Positions 24,830 through 38,900 of a stretch of DNA of 64,000 bases are shown here, in pieces; position 1 is the first letter of the stretch, and the number at the start of each line of letters is the position of its first letter. A program made the translations under genes and the position numbers. The notes beneath the pieces are model-generated. The model was given only the letters and a program-made list of their open reading frames with translations. It was not told the DNA's origin and made no database searches. The DNA is from Pavona decussata (lineage: Eukaryota): assembly GCA_977016875.1 (NCBI GenBank), contig CDRNST010000143.1:868001-932000 (forward strand), written 5' to 3'.

Positions 24830-27144
24830 ATGGAGTTAGAAATTTATCAAACGATATTTATGCTGACGACACTGTTTAGCGGATCCGATGCAAGGCCCGC
24901 CGCCAGACAAACGGCAATCATTGGACTGAAGCAATCTACTGTAAGTATCGTGTTGAAGCTGGGTCATAGTATTGATCGTTAAACAGAATGACATCTGGGT
25001 CATGATCAATTGGCGTTGTGTCAAAATACTGTCTAATCCACTGCGTTTCAATTCGAATTTGTTTTCAGAAATACCCACGTATTTCTCAGCTTCAAAAACC
25101 ACAAGAGGACACATCTTTAAGACAAAGAATGCCTAGTAAGCTTCTGCCAGTGGTGGAAAAGGAACTTCAATCCGAGATCGACAGAATAAGAGTTATTAAG
25201 AGACATAAACGAACTGGACAGTTCCGCAGAGAGTTTTTCTTTTCTTCCAAGGTTGACCACGTTTCACCAACGAGCAAACTGCCGACTGTCGAAATCACGC
25301 AAAAGACGGCAGGTCGCCTTGGTGGCCTCACCCGGCAAAAAGCTGCCGCGAAATTCAACAAACTTGAACGTGCAAAAGTGCGTCGACGTCGTTATGTAAC
25401 ACAGGGGTCTCAGTGGCATCATGACACCATCACATGGAATATTCCATCCAATGGCTGGAGCACTAAGTTATCGCGGTATGAAACTAAAACTACTTTAACA
25501 GAAGCATTTAGGCTCTGGGCAGAAGTGAGTCCACTGCAGTTCCGTTGGTTAGATCCACCAGCCAGCGTTGACATTACCGTGAAGTTTGCCAGAGGTAAGA
25601 AAGAGTGAGAATTAGATGTACTTGGTTGTAATTTCAGTTCTTTGTCAAACTCTGTTATCTATCTACATTCCTGCTTATAGTTTGTGTTTAGTTGATTAGA
25701 CCCGGCCACATTAGGGAAAATCATTTTAATTTAAAATTATGTGCCGTTCGCCGCCACTGTTATGCAAGAAAAAATTATTCGGGAAAGAAAACGCGAATTC
25801 TTTGATGACGTGATCAACCCCTTTAATGAACCGAGAAATATTCTGTAAAATGGTTCCTTTTTATTTTGATCTCTATTTGGCTTGTTAAAGTTTGCTTTTA
25901 CTGTTTCCGTTGACATCACACTATTTTTAACAATCAGATTACGGGTTTTGTTTTGAAATGTAACTTCCGGAAGAGGTTATTCACAAATATAAATCGTTTC
26001 CTCAGATTGTATCTTCTGCTCACACTACTAATGACGGGCGTATTAGAAACCGTTGACATAAAAAAGCGATTTACGAGCATTGCAGACCAGGTCACTGATC
26101 CCAATTTCCTCTGTAATATTTCTATCAAATTTTATGAAAGCTTCGCTTTGTGCAATCCTTCGTTTAGCCGCTTTTTATACCTATCCGACAGGTTTGAAAT
26201 TCGAATTCCGTTCTTTCGCCAGTTTTTGTTACATCATAAAGAGATTCCAGTTGATTCTAGTAGAACAAATTTTATGTGGCAAATCAGTGGCACGCATCTC
26301 TTTCGTGGGCTATTAATTAAGAACCCTATGCACCAAAGTGTCTTTCCACACCCACAGAACGACTAAATTCGCCCTTGCGCTATGATCGGCTGTTTCTAAT
26401 TCGTTTCTATTTTCTCCGGAAAGTAAATGCAGATCAAACTTTCAATTCAAGATTTTTTTAGAACATATTTTGGCTGAGAAAGTTTGACAATACTTTATTC
26501 ATGGTGGTCATTGTGTTCACGCCCAGTTCACACCACACCGGATAGACTCATTCGATCACATGAAAACCTTTTTCCGGCTAGAGTGTTCGACAAGAAACAA
26601 TATCGCTACCAAAGTAAGGTACTAGTAACGAGGGCATTCTTTTGGAACTATTTTAAAAGAAAGGATATATGAGAGAGAGAATGCACGAAAAATCACTTAC
26701 CAAAAGAACGCAATTCGTTGTTTTGTTTTATTTTTCTGTACCACTAACACTTAATTATTATTCGTTCATGTCGTAAACGGGTAGAACCCAGAAAACAAAA
26801 ACTGTTCGTTTCGCAATTCTACTGAGACGGACGGTGTTCATGTATAAATTCCGGAATAGCTCTGCCTTCTTTTTTTGTTCTGAGAATTATCAACGTTATT
26901 AGTCGGGTTGCGGACAATTGCTTGGCACCTACGTTTGACAAGCCGGAAAAGTTAATGAGCAGTATTCGCAAGTCACCGGACGGAACACCAGACAGTTGGC
27001 AGCAATTCTATAAGCGAGGATAAGAAGGTGTAAGTTCTCCGTATTGAGTGTTGTAATGGCGTCATCGCATGCATTCTCTCACGATCAGTCTATCCCAAGA
27101 AAAGCCCGCCTAAAATAGATGTATCTAGCAATTATTCCACGAGC

Positions 27145-27185
<41 letters not shown>

Positions 27186-30100
27186 AGCGCCAAGTTGGCT
27201 GTAATCATCTCATATCCAACAAGCGCAAGTTGAATAATTGTTTTATTAAAAACAATCAAGAAATATTGCTAGATCTTACTGATTTCACTGTGCAAGAATA
27301 ACCAGCAGACAATTTAATGGTCGCCATTTCTCGGCCATGGTATAATGGCTCAGAAACCATGGCCGCTAAGCCAATCAAATCCCTCGAATTGCATTATCCA
27401 ATGATTCAGTTTTGAAAAATTCCTGCTAACCTTTTAGTTCGATGGAAACTTAGAGTTTTCCGATACTCCGGCAACGGTGTGGTTGAGGTAGAGCCACATC
27501 TCTCTCCAAGGAGACCAACTCTATCCGTCTGTTTTACAGAGCGAAAAGCCCTGTAAAGACACTTAAGTTACAGACCAGCGATCTAAGTTTTCGGCCCGGG
27601 CCATCTTACCTGACGGTATCAGCCTTAGAGAGGTGTCCACTTAAGAGACTGTTCACTTTAGACAATGATGACCAAACGCTTGCCAAAAGATTAGAAATCT
27701 GAAGAAAATCTAGCGATTTTGGTAACGCAATTTATTCTTGAAAGTGAGATTTCTGTATCTTTCACTCCAACCAGTTGCAAAGATGGATGTAAGCGAACTG
27801 CCGAGAAAGCTAACATAATACAGCCAACTCTCACCGTGCGGACACCTCGCTATTACAGACACCCAGATAATACAAACAGCAGCTAAATCCCCCAAAAAAA
27901 TAGGTTCAGACGTTTAACTGAACTAAGTTCCCGTTATTACGGACTCTCGCTATTAAGGACACTAACTCGCTATCCCAAAGGTGCCCGCAATAAAGGGAGT
28001 TGACTGTACTCTTGAAGGAGCAACCTATGATAGAGTACTGTAGCTCTTTCTGGGAGGGGGATCACATTCCCTTCATTAAGTTAGTCTGCGTAGCAGGCAT
28101 AATCGGGGAGGGGAAGAAAAAGTAAGAGAAAAAAAGGGAACTGGGGAGAGCTTCTCTCACCTCCATTTTTTCTCTCACATTTTTCTGGCTCCGTTCCGCC
28201 ACTCTGGCCTCCCTAACCTGCGATCAGGCGTTTTTTTTTTTTTTCGTGGAGCGCGAAAGTGTGGCAGCGCGAGAGTCGGCGGTTCGGGATGAGATGTAGG
28301 GAGGGAGGGAGGGAGGGAGGGAGGGAGGGAGGGAGGGTATGATTGCAGGTTATGGCCTCCCCAGCTTGGTTCCAGAATTTTGTGGTGTCGCGACAGATAT
28401 AAGCGGGTTAATTTGATCTTCAATAACTTCGATAGAACGTGATTATTGCATTTCCTATGCTATTTTTTTTGTACCCACCCGTCTGTATCAAACTATTGGT
28501 GTATTAAACCTTCGAGTTCTTCCAAACTTGTTCACGTGTTTTTGCAGTTCGGACTGAAGTGCATCACTACATTCTCCATAACATTTGACTAAGAAAATGT
28601 ACCCTGTTCCTGCAGTTATAGAAACACATATTTTAAACCAATCAGAACGCCTAATTATGCTAAATAGCAACAAGCTGGCCAGGCCAATCGAACATCTCTT
28701 ACGGCTAAAATGTTGACCAGTTTTTATTAGAGAAGATTAAAAAAGAAAAGGCTATCAATAAGACAGACGCATTTGGTGTATCAGTTACGATTTGTTCCGT
28801 TGTGGGAAGGTTGTGGGTACATTTTGGCGACAACTTTAAGTGAGATGGAGCCAATAATATTGTGGAAACCGCTGAGGAGGATTTTGTGGGTTAGCTAATG
28901 TCTCATTTGTTTGCTTCTTGGCTTTTGTCTCATTCTGTCTAACTTAGTTCATTCCGTATCCAAAAAATGATCATTGAAGGCGAAGATGTTGAACATTTTC
29001 AATCTCACAGTCCCGGCCCATGGAGTTTGATCTTTTTTCTTTTAAGTCAGTTATTCCTTTCTACTTTATTCGTGTTCCTGGGTCTAAGCTGTTGTAAACA
29101 AAACAAACTAAACAATTCGTAATTGCTAACGTTTTAATTAATGCTGGCCAAAATTCAGGATTGTTCTTTGTGAGCCACGAACAGTTGGATTTTGAAAGCC
29201 TATGCCAAGGTCAATTCAGACGAGACCATTTGCTATTTCAAAAGTGATGAATACATAAGTGCATCCGGTTGGACGCTGTCTATGACCCCACCAAAGTCCA
29301 CGCCTTACCGGACATCTCAGTAAAGTAATCTGAAAGAAATTGTAGAGAATAATGGCATTCTGCCACCGACAATTCAATTTATCTCTCTTTATCTGAAAAA
29401 GCAACAGTGTTTGGCCGTCAATGTTTAGAATTTTATTTCAAGCTTCGCGACTTAGGTTGTATAATCCTTTTTCCTCTTTTGATGATGGTAGGTTGCACGT
29501 GGTCTATCTAACCGTAACGTCATAATCATCGTGTTTTCTAGGGACGTCTAAGCTAAGGTGACAATCTGGCCTTTTGCCGACGATATTATCATGTATAAGT
29601 ACGGCTCAACTCAAATCCTCATGTTGCCTGAGCAAAGTGCTAAAGAAAGCATCCTATTATAGAATATATAGTGTTTCCGTTTTGTTTCCCAATATCCGAT
29701 TATTTACCTCTAATTACCATCTGGCTCTCTGACACTGATCTCTGACGCAGTTTTCCCTTTCCATCAAGACAAATTTTAAACTAAGGTGATTAAAAACTTG
29801 ATGTTTCTTTCGAAAAATTCGTTGATTTTGAACTTATCGCAAAGGAAAATACGAACGAAATTCAACGTTACCCACAACCAGGTACAAGGAAAGCTTAAGT
29901 AATGGATGCGGTCGGAGCAACTTTTAACTTGCTTTGGTACAAATGCGGTTGCCGAAATGTTACATTAAGTCCATTAAGTTTTCAGCGGGATAAAATACCC
30001 CCGGTATAATTCTGATTGTCACAACCTGCGAAAGAAACAGGCGCTCTTTTCTTTGAAGAGATGTAAACTCATAACTGACGAGAAAATCATCTGCTGAGTG

Positions 30101-32180
30101 TCAAAATTTTGTCACCGCAATAAACGTTTTTGCATTCTTACCGTTTAACATATTACTCGAGCACTCGTGAAGCAAATGACCAAGCCACGAGTAGTCTGAG
30201 AACAAGCCGAAAAATTACTTACCAAAACAAGAAGGGGAACCCTTTGGCGGGTGGTATGAACTCAGGATTTGGAAACAACCTGCAACAGCCAATCTTACTG
30301 TATTACAGAGTAGAGTGTTTCAGACTTTTGGGGACTTGGAAAGTTTTCAAAAATAATAAAATGCATTATCGTTTGTCTCGTGAGGTAGTCACTTGGGATG
30401 TAGATTGTGACGTTTCGGCTGCTTGCTGCGATCGGTGCATTTTGTCCCTTAAGTTTTTCAGCGAGAGGTTGTTCCCTCAGAAGTTTGTTGTTGGGAATTT
30501 TTTTGTACATGGAGTTATGGAAGCTAGAAGTTAGTGTATGTGCCGTGCTCTGAGGCCATAGTGCATTCATTACTGTTTAAGTATTAGTAGCCAACAGCCA
30601 ACCAAACTGTCAATTTCCTCCACTAGGGGATCATGGGGACACGCAGGACTTTGATGGCGTAGGAAGGGTTCTTGCCCACGCTTTCTACCCAAACACAGCC
30701 CTATCAGGGGATATTCACTTTGATGACGACGAACCGTGGACTACCTCTTCTGTTAGCAGTAACGGTTACAAGCAGTTGTTGCCGGTAGCAGTACACGAGA
30801 TAGGGCATAGTCTGGGACTCATGCACTCTCAAGTATCAGGCTCGATCATGAATGAATATTACAGCGACCAAAACAACAGAGTCATTCTGAGTGATGATGA
30901 TGTCAAAGGAATCCAAGATATTTATGGTATGCTATTTTCATCCTTACCTATTTTTTTCTATTTTACTTCTTCACCTTAACGATCTGAAAATGTAAATACA
31001 ATTATTATTATTCTTATTAATATTATTATAGAGAAGGCTGTATTGCTGGCTGTTGCGCGCTCTTACCTTTTAAGAACGAACATTGAATAATTTGTATACC
31101 TTGAAACATGACAGCACCGGCAATGAATAGATAAATTGTACACTCCCCGAAGTAGTTTTGGGTAGTTTTGAACCGTCTCGCCAACAACGAAAAAATCGCA
31201 TTGAGCTCAGTAAATGTGATATTTGTTTATGGGATATAATGATTGATGTTCATAGAAAAAAATCAGCGAAATCGGTGAAAAGTCGAAATTTGCCTTATCC
31301 GTTCTTACGCGAACAGCCTCTTAATTCTTTGTTTTTCTTTTCTTCTTCTTTACTTGCTATTGTCCAATGCTCTTTTTTCCAGTCCTGTTCCTTCCCTTTC
31401 TTTTCTATTGTTTCCGTTTCCTTCCTTAAATAACTTTTTTTCTTGTTTTCTCTACTTTTCTCTCATGTTCCTCTCTTGTTTTGGTTCCGTTTCCTTTCTT
31501 GTCCTTTCCCTTTCATTCCTTTTTGCTACTGTCCGTTTATCATGTTTGCTCAATGGCTTTTTTTTATTCTCTTTGAAGGTAAGTGTACTCCAAAAGTGAC
31601 TGCCATCGAATCATGGATGGGGGATTATAGAACTTACATTTTTGACGCAACCAATTTCTGGCGCTTCAACGACTATGGTATTAAAAGCGACCGTGGCTAC
31701 CCAAAGGAGATATCCTCAAATTGGCCAGGTGTTCCAGACGACATCGACGAAATATTTCTCTGGGGTCACAACTGGAAAGTCTATTTTTTCAAAGGACATC
31801 AGTACTACAGATACAACGATTATGATGGCAGGGTTGATTCCGGTTACCCTCTAGACATTTCGAAAGGGTGGTTTGGATTACCAGCCGATGGAATTGATGC
31901 TGGGTTTACCTGGAGTGATTACAACAGTTACTTCTTTAAAGGGAGCAAGGTGTACAAGTACGATAACATTAATGACCAAGTTGCCTCTGGATACCCTAAA
32001 CAAATCACAGACGTTTGGCCTGGTATACCTAACAACATCGACAGTGCATTCCGGTGGTTTTATGACGGTAATACGTACTTCTTTAAAAATGAATATTACT
32101 GGGAATGGAACGACAGGCTCCATCAAGCAATGGGCCCTTATCTTATCCGCGATGGCTGGAAGAATATTTGTAATGTTTAG
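24830..32180 (+). CDS. Secreted matrix metalloproteinase (MMP21-like), copy 2; join(24830..24940,25069..25594,30627..30926,31579..32180), 512 aa
   Basis: Paralog of copy 1 with identical intron positions and phases. RRRR|Y furin site, [12 protein letters not shown], Met-turn SIMNEYY and hemopexin domain ending [11 protein letters not shown] total 1539 nt, open. Confidence 0.93.
27127..27420. mobile_element. Hairpin-headed interspersed repeat inserted in copy 2 intron 2
   Basis: ~110-nt imperfect palindrome at 27129-27240 (caattattccacgag...ttgaataattg). The empty site is in copy 1 near 14510. Confidence 0.7.
27821..28006. mobile_element. Tc1/mariner-like MITE (paralog of 14899-15084)
   Basis: TA-CAGCCAACTC...GAGTTGACTG-TA. 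Confidence 0.7.
28214..28352. mobile_element. Small TIR element with 9-bp TSD and internal (GGGA)n
   Basis: TAACCTGCGATC...GATTGCAGGTTA flanked by direct repeats TGGCCTCCC. Copy 1 has a single TGGCCTCCC at ~15290. Confidence 0.85.
31071..31320. mobile_element. DNA-transposon fragment inserted at TTAA in copy 2 intron 3
   Basis: Absent in copy 1 intron 3. Right end ccgttcttacgcgaacagcctc-TTAA; the left end retains only taagaacg. Confidence 0.55.
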
Positions 32181-34473
32181 AGGTGAAATTATCTGGATAC
32201 ATAAAAAGATGATAATTGTAAGTATTAATTAAGATGACTTACCTCATTACTACTTGATCTATCCGTTACTCGCTTTAGTCTGGACTTTGTTACTCATAAT
32301 ACCTTCGCTTGGCACTGGCTAAGTCTGCTTATATTTATTACTTACCTTTTACTACAGTTAATGGCTCTAATTCATTTGTAAATTAAAAGTTTTATTTAAA
32401 ACTGACGACTTTGAGTATAAAAGAATACTCAGGATAACGAAAGAGGAGAGGGTATATATATTCCTGTGCTGATAATAGGACAACGTGGAATACATTAAAG
32501 AAGTGTACAAGTGCAGTTGAAAGTTCAAAAAGTTTGTCGGCTGTATGTCGTGGATGGCACAGAGTGCTATTATCATTAAATTGTGTCAACAACAACTTTG
32601 CAGGAAAAAAAAAAACGTTTTGCTAATCGAACTATAATTTTGTTGTTGGTGCGATTACTGAGTACACTGGAATATACTTATTTTAGATACTCTTGTTTCG
32701 TTTAACGTGGTTCTTACGACCCAAAACCAATGCCGTGAATGTACTCGACGTGGTCAGTTCTTCCGAACTGAACATTAAATCCTTAACGCTATTGTTATAC
32801 TGTATATATACGCAAAAAATTGAAACATATTTGCACGTGATTTGCGACTAATTTGCGAGTATGTCAAATACTTATATTTTATCTGAATAAAAAAAAAAAC
32901 CTGTAATAGGTTACTGCAGTTTAAGCTAGCCAATTGTAAATAGTGTTCTGAATTTTGTGCAAAATATCAGTAACTGCTTGTAGCCTTTGAGATCATAGCT
33001 ACTGGCTGTATACTTGTACATAACTGCTATTTAAATACCTCAAATTCAAATGATGCATTCTAAAACCTTTCTATTAATGGCATTTATTACTGTTCATATT
33101 TCTGTTGTAACCTTGTACAGTCCGAGCTCCTCTATGCAATTATTTACTCAACACGTATTAATTACGTATTTATATTCTTTATTGTACAAATAATAATGTT
33201 TTGAAATATAATATCATGGTGACAAATTACTCCTTGGCGAGAAATTTCAGCGTTCGATCATTTGTAATTTCACATGTGAAATTACAAAATTGCTATGGCA
33301 ACGTTCAATAAACAACTTTAACTAATTTGTCACCCATGATATTAAAAGGTAATCAAATGGTATACTCGTGAAATTAGGAAATAATTCCCCAAAGTCCAGT
33401 AATTAAACTCGCCTTGAATTTTGACAAAACGCGCGTGAAATTATTTCACTCGTCACCATTTGATGACTTATACTTAGGCATTTTCCAATGTTCTAAGGCG
33501 ACCATTTTTCCATCGCAATTTTTTCGCTGTGATGTGTGTAGGTGGCAAATAGCTGCAATAAGTGTGTATCAAGGCCAAAGGGGTATTGAATTTGTAAAAA
33601 AAAGAGAGAGAAAGAAGAAAGAAAAAAAAATTAGTTTTGTTATAACCCTTATATACGAGATACTGTATCAGTAAAATCGGCGTAACTTTTAATTAAGTAT
33701 AATATAAATCAGACATTTAGCGGTGATCGAAAAGTCATATTGAATTAAGCATTTATTCTATATCTGTGCGTTTTTGTTTAATGACTGTTGTAAAAGTAAG
33801 CCAAAATAGTCACATACAGTCAGTTGTTCTGAACCTCCCTCCCTACAAAAAAAAGAAAAAAAGTAAAAAGAAAATGGATAGAACAATCAGAGCTCGAAGC
33901 AAAACATGTCCTCTCAAGACGCGGAAAAACGCCCCCGCCTTGTTTGCTCTTACCTGTTATATGACCTGTCAGGATAGCTAATTTCGTGTACTTTAAAATA
34001 ACTTTTGCTTCGATTGATTTAGAACTTGGAATACGAGCTTTCTTTAAATGTCAACATAAACGTATATTTACAGCAGTCATTCTAAAAACGCCCAGACTTC
34101 CCTTGTCTAGTTTGCTTAATGTCTGCCGTTGCTTAGTGTAATAGTAATCACAATTTTGTGTATTTGTATTCATTTAGTTCCTATTGAAGTAAACCATCGA
34201 AATAAACCAATACTTTCTTCAATTTCTATTGTTCCGTCCTCTTTATACTAAAAGCTGACGTTCTTATAACTTTCAAAATAAACTGCTGAGCCCTTGATGC
34301 TTTCCATACTTTGTGGGGCTACTGGCAGTACCTATTTTCCTTAAGGTAGAATTGCAGAACACGCTTGAGTTTGCCCCAGAGTCGCTCAATCAAGCCCGTC
34401 ACCCGAAATTGTGACATATTTACTCACGCACGTCGAGTTTCCGTGCGCTTGTGTATCGCTTGACTATCCCTAA

Positions 34474-34670
34474 AGGCTGGTTTCCATATGATCGCGGATC
34501 GCAGATTGCAATAAGGTCTGCGATCGTCTGCTATCATATGGAAACTACTTCTGCGATCGTCTGCGATCCTGCGATCGCGATCGCAGAAGATAGAACCATG
34601 TTCTATCTAAAGGCTGATCGCAGACGATCGCAGACCTTATTGCGATCTGCGATCATATGGAAACCAGCCT
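34474..34670. mobile_element. PIF/Harbinger-type MITE
   Basis: TIR AGGCTGGTTTCCATATGATCGC / GCGATCATATGGAAACCAGCCT with TAA target-site duplication and internal GATCGC repeats. Confidence 0.88.
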
Positions 34671-35138
34671 TAAGAGAAAGGGAACTTTTTCAGTATTTTG
34701 ACTATGAGACGATAGTAACCTCGAGATTACCGCCTTGAGACTACTTTCAATGGCCCGAAGTGTCCGATCTAAAAAGTCCATTCGAGGCGCCTTGTTGGTC
34801 ATCATCCATTTATGTAACGAACGCGCGGAATAATTGTTAAACTGATTCTATATATAGCGATTATGTCAGTAAGTTATATTGTTATCCCAGTCCCTATGAT
34901 AATTATGATTATAAATTTTGGTTATTTTCTCTTACAAGATGCCCTATCTCTACAACCACCCAGCTTTATGTTGAAATATTTTAGAAAACATTTACGGGCA
35001 CGATGACCCATTTTCCCTCTTGCTGTTTTCGAGTTATCACGTCAGTACTAGCTGGGACCAATCAGTGAAAGTTTTAAAAAAATGTTACGTGAACTTTTAT
35101 TTCGAGACAATCGCCAACTTCCAAATCCATGCTACTTA

Positions 35139-35378
35139 GGGCTCGGTTGATCAAAAGCCGATTAACGCTTATCTACGATTAAAAGTTAACCGAGGTTTTC
35201 AGCACGCCCACTAAGAAGACTCTTAAAAGCTAATTGAAAGCTCATGGTAGAGAAAAGTCGACGCCAAAACTGAGGGACAAAAATCTTTTGGAAAAACTTT
35301 ATTCGTTAGTAATTAAACTAGAATCAAAGTTCACGTTAACCCAGATTAGCTTAATCGGGCTTTGAACAACTGGGCCCA
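35139..35378. mobile_element. Degenerate MITE
   Basis: Imperfect TIRs gggctcggttgatcaaaagccgattaa / ttaatcgggctttgaacaactgggccc. Confidence 0.6.
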
Positions 35379-35394
35379 GGTCTTTATATACGGA

Positions 35395-35562
35395 NNNNNN
35401 NNNNNNNNNNNNNNNNNNNNNNNNNNNNNNNNNNNNNNNNNNNNNNNNNNNNNNNNNNNNNNNNNNNNNNNNNNNNNNNNNNNNNNNNNNNNNNNNNNNN
35501 NNNNNNNNNNNNNNNNNNNNNNNNNNNNNNNNNNNNNNNNNNNNNNNNNNNNNNNNNNNNNN
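35395..35562. other. Assembly gap (168 N)
   Basis: Run of N. Confidence 1.
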
Positions 35563-35712
35563 GGCTAAAATTTAAAAAGATATTAAAAAACCAAACGTTT
35601 TTGAATAATTAAGTCATCCTCAGAGTAAAAAGCAGAAAGACTTTTTACTCTGAGGATGATTTAATTAGTCAAAAACGTTTGGTGTTTTAATATCTTTTTA
35701 ACTTTTTAGCCT
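35563..35712. repeat. ~70-bp-arm inverted repeat, Penelope-like terminal remnant
   Basis: ggctaaaa...gtcatcctcagagtaaaaag / ctttttactctgaggatga...ttttagcc, containing a degenerate CTGANGA...(G)AAAC motif. Confidence 0.6.
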
Positions 35713-35752
35713 TGGAAATAGTATTGTAAATCTCAAGCGAATATTGTGGACA

Positions 35753-35815
<63 letters not shown>

Positions 35816-35840
35816 GTTATTATTATTACTACTATTATTA
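35753..35840 (+). repeat. (ATT)n microsatellite
   Basis: Direct observation. Confidence 0.95.
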
Positions 35841-35956
35841 ATTTTAACGATTGCGCTATGTATTCAGGCGGTATTCATGCAGCAACTAAGAAGGCAACGT
35901 CAAGAGTTACTTTTCTTTAGAAACGGCGTTACTCAGTTTTCAGGAGTTGAATCGAT

Positions 35957-38900
35957 CTACCCTGAGTCGTGAGCCGGAACAGAATACGTTGAGCTCACAG
36001 ATCGCCTCAAATGCATAGGAAAGTCTTTCGCCGTAGCATCATTGAGTTCACATTCCCCTTCTTCTTTTCCTACCTTAGAGTAGTAGTTGATTGATTTACA
36101 CAAAGGATTGTTCACACACAAAAACGCACAATGAATTAGCGACGATGTGTACCGCTTGTAGATCACATGATAGGCAAATGCCTTTTGCTCATAAGTGATG
36201 AAGAACTGTTCTTTGCTCATCTCATTCTTGTCTGGATAGAGAAGAGAAAAGTTTACAAGATTAACGCCCGATCCACACAACTGCGCTTTTCGTTTGAAAC
36301 CGTTTACTTTTTGATGCGTTTCCTCAACTGTCAAAATGCCAGTGAAAACGAGACGTGTGAAAACGGTGTACTTAAACGAAAACCCATTCTTTAAAGCAGA
36401 AATGAAAATGCATCATCCCCCCCCCCAAAAAAAACCCAAACACACAAAAAAACAACAACAAAAACGTTTAGATCAGAGTAGAAACATGATGACGCCGGCT
36501 TTTTTTAAACGCTGAACGCTGTTTTAGTTTGGACAAACGGCAAACGAATAATGGGGTTAGTTTCTAAAGAAACTGTGGTTCTGCTTCAATGGCCATTGGG
36601 AGTGGAAAAGAATGTTCGGCGGCTTTATCATCAGAGTTGATAAGGTAGTTTAACCGCTAAAGAGATTCGAGAGCGGACGTTCTGAGCGTTAGCCCTTTGG
36701 TCAGAGCGTATCGTCTCCGGGAAACGCTCTGACGAAAGGATAACGCTTGAAACGCTTGGATTTCTCCGACACTTATGGTGGCCAAATTACCTTATGATTT
36801 TTGTTGATAAAACAAAACGTACATTCATTTAGTTTGGATGGTTGGCGAAAACGCATAACAAAGTAACCGCTTTTAAGAAAAAAAAAGCAAGTATGGAGAA
36901 CAATAATTCTTACATTGTCATCGCTCATGGTTATCACTCCAGTGCAGGCGTGTTAGAGTTAAAAGGAGTTTGCATGAGGCCTCTTGGAAAAACGCGCAGA
37001 AAAAAGTGTACACCGGGACGCGTAGGATACGCAGGAAAATCAAAACAACCTAATAGCACGACCGGGGAAAACGTCCCGCTTCGCCTGAAAACATGCTTAT
37101 TCAGCAAAAGTAAGGTGTTGCAAATCTTTAAAATGGACCGATGATTTGTATGCATTATACAAACTATTCAAGTGACTTTGAATAATGTGCATGGAGCCTA
37201 AGGTGTATCTTCCTCAGCTCCCCTTAAGGGCTCGTTCCCTCGAATCTGGTTCTTTCCATGGTGCGCGAACGATATCTCGCCGCTCGACTATTTTGAAAGG
37301 GCTCTACGACTTTCGCCACTCTCTTGTTGATCTGTATTCCCAGAAACCTAAGCATGAAGGTGGAGCATTTGTCACGTTGTAATCAGGATCTCAGGGATCC
37401 AGTGTCCTTTTATACAAAGAGTGTACTGCACCATGGGGCGAACATAACAAAATATTTTATCCTTGTCCCCCAGCCGACGTATTGAGCCCATAACCTTCCG
37501 CACACTGCTTGAATGCAATTTGATCTCTACTTAGATAAGAACATGGGTTCGACTCCCCTCGGTAGCCCAGATTTTTCTTAGTAGCCTCATGCTAAAAGTT
37601 CTCTCAAATTACCTTGTCCCTCGAAGGGCTGCGCGAATTTGCATACGTACTCATACCACATGTTACAAGGCGTATCATTCCACTTGCCATTAGCTGCTAC
37701 TAGAATCACACAATCACCTATCCCAAAGTCATCATCTGGCTCGCTATCTCCCCAGTTTGTATACGAAACAGTGCTGCCATCGGACCAAACAAAAGTTCCT
37801 TCGATATCTGTGTCGGTAAGGCCGACAAAAACTGCGCTTTTTCCTCCGGTGAGACTGCGGACGAATTCGTTTTCTTGAGCGCTGTGAATTGAAGCCAGAT
37901 TTGCGCCGTGTTGTTTGCACAAAGCTGAAGCGTTGGAAAACGGAGTTTGCTCAGAGGATACCCAGTAGCAGGCTTGATTCCATTCTTGCCAGCCGGCTTT
38001 ACATTGGATTGACCTGGCGTGCCAGGGTAATCCGATAACTGAAAGAGCGAAGATAAAGGGAAAGTACTGAAGAAAAGGGGAATGAAAAAGGAAGTGTGAT
38101 TAAAGTATTTCGTTTATAGGCCTCCACTGGCTCGTCTGTAGCTGTACTTAATTCTAGCCGGCGAGCAAGGTTCCCTTCGTTTGCCTTAGCGCACTCTTCG
38201 CACTCTGATATTCCTTTTTTTAATTTTTTTTCTGCAATTCACTCAACTAATATATTTCATACAAAAGATCGCAACGGATATCCGGCTCGAATTTATCAGT
38301 TTGCTAAATCGGGTTCTCTTTCTATAATTTCTTTTGTATGGAAAGAACAATGTGCTATAAAATAACGACCGCATTCAAATTGAGTCTAAATTAAACAGTA
38401 TATTGCTTAAAAAAATAATAATGCAAGATTATACTTTGGAATAGCCCAGACTGGATTTAATGCCTCTTGGAACGGTTGTGAAATTTAAAGGTGCTTAACT
38501 GACATGTAAAAACCTTTCCGAACTTTTTTTCTGTATTAATTTCCTGAAATCTTATTACCGAACCGGTATAGAACAAGAATAATAATAATAATAACGAAAT
38601 GCTATCCTTGGTCAACAAGCAACTCCGAGTCCTATAAGCCCAATATAAAGCTCATTATTAAAAATAACCACAATCGGTGTTTGGTGTGCCACGTTTGCTC
38701 AGTTTTAATCCTCGTCTTCGGATTACCCCGAATGTTTTAATAAAAAAGAAAATGCTACATGTAATAAAAATATATCATAAAAATCAAATTTTTTGTTATT
38801 TGAGCGCAGGTGAAAGGTCTTTTTTTTTGTTTCCGTTGAGCGAATTAAAAAAGAATACATTTCAATAAAAGCAACAATTGTGACGTTCAAGGGCCATTTA

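Larger units (their letters stand above)
10144..34412 (+). repeat. Head-to-tail tandem segmental duplication (unit 1 ~10144-22560, unit 2 ~22561-34412) containing the MMP gene
   Basis: Colinear homology through promoter, exons, introns and downstream DNA. Both units end in gctcaatcaagcccgtcacccgaaattgt, and unit 2 restarts with the sequence found at 10144. Confidence 0.92.

Noticed and set aside
10144-34412. Haplotype-duplication assembly artefact
   Set aside because: The junction is gap-free and head-to-tail with microhomology, and there are many unit-specific insertions and substantial divergence. Read depth is still needed for certainty.
35362-35568. 68-aa ORF
   Set aside because: Artefact of the N gap.
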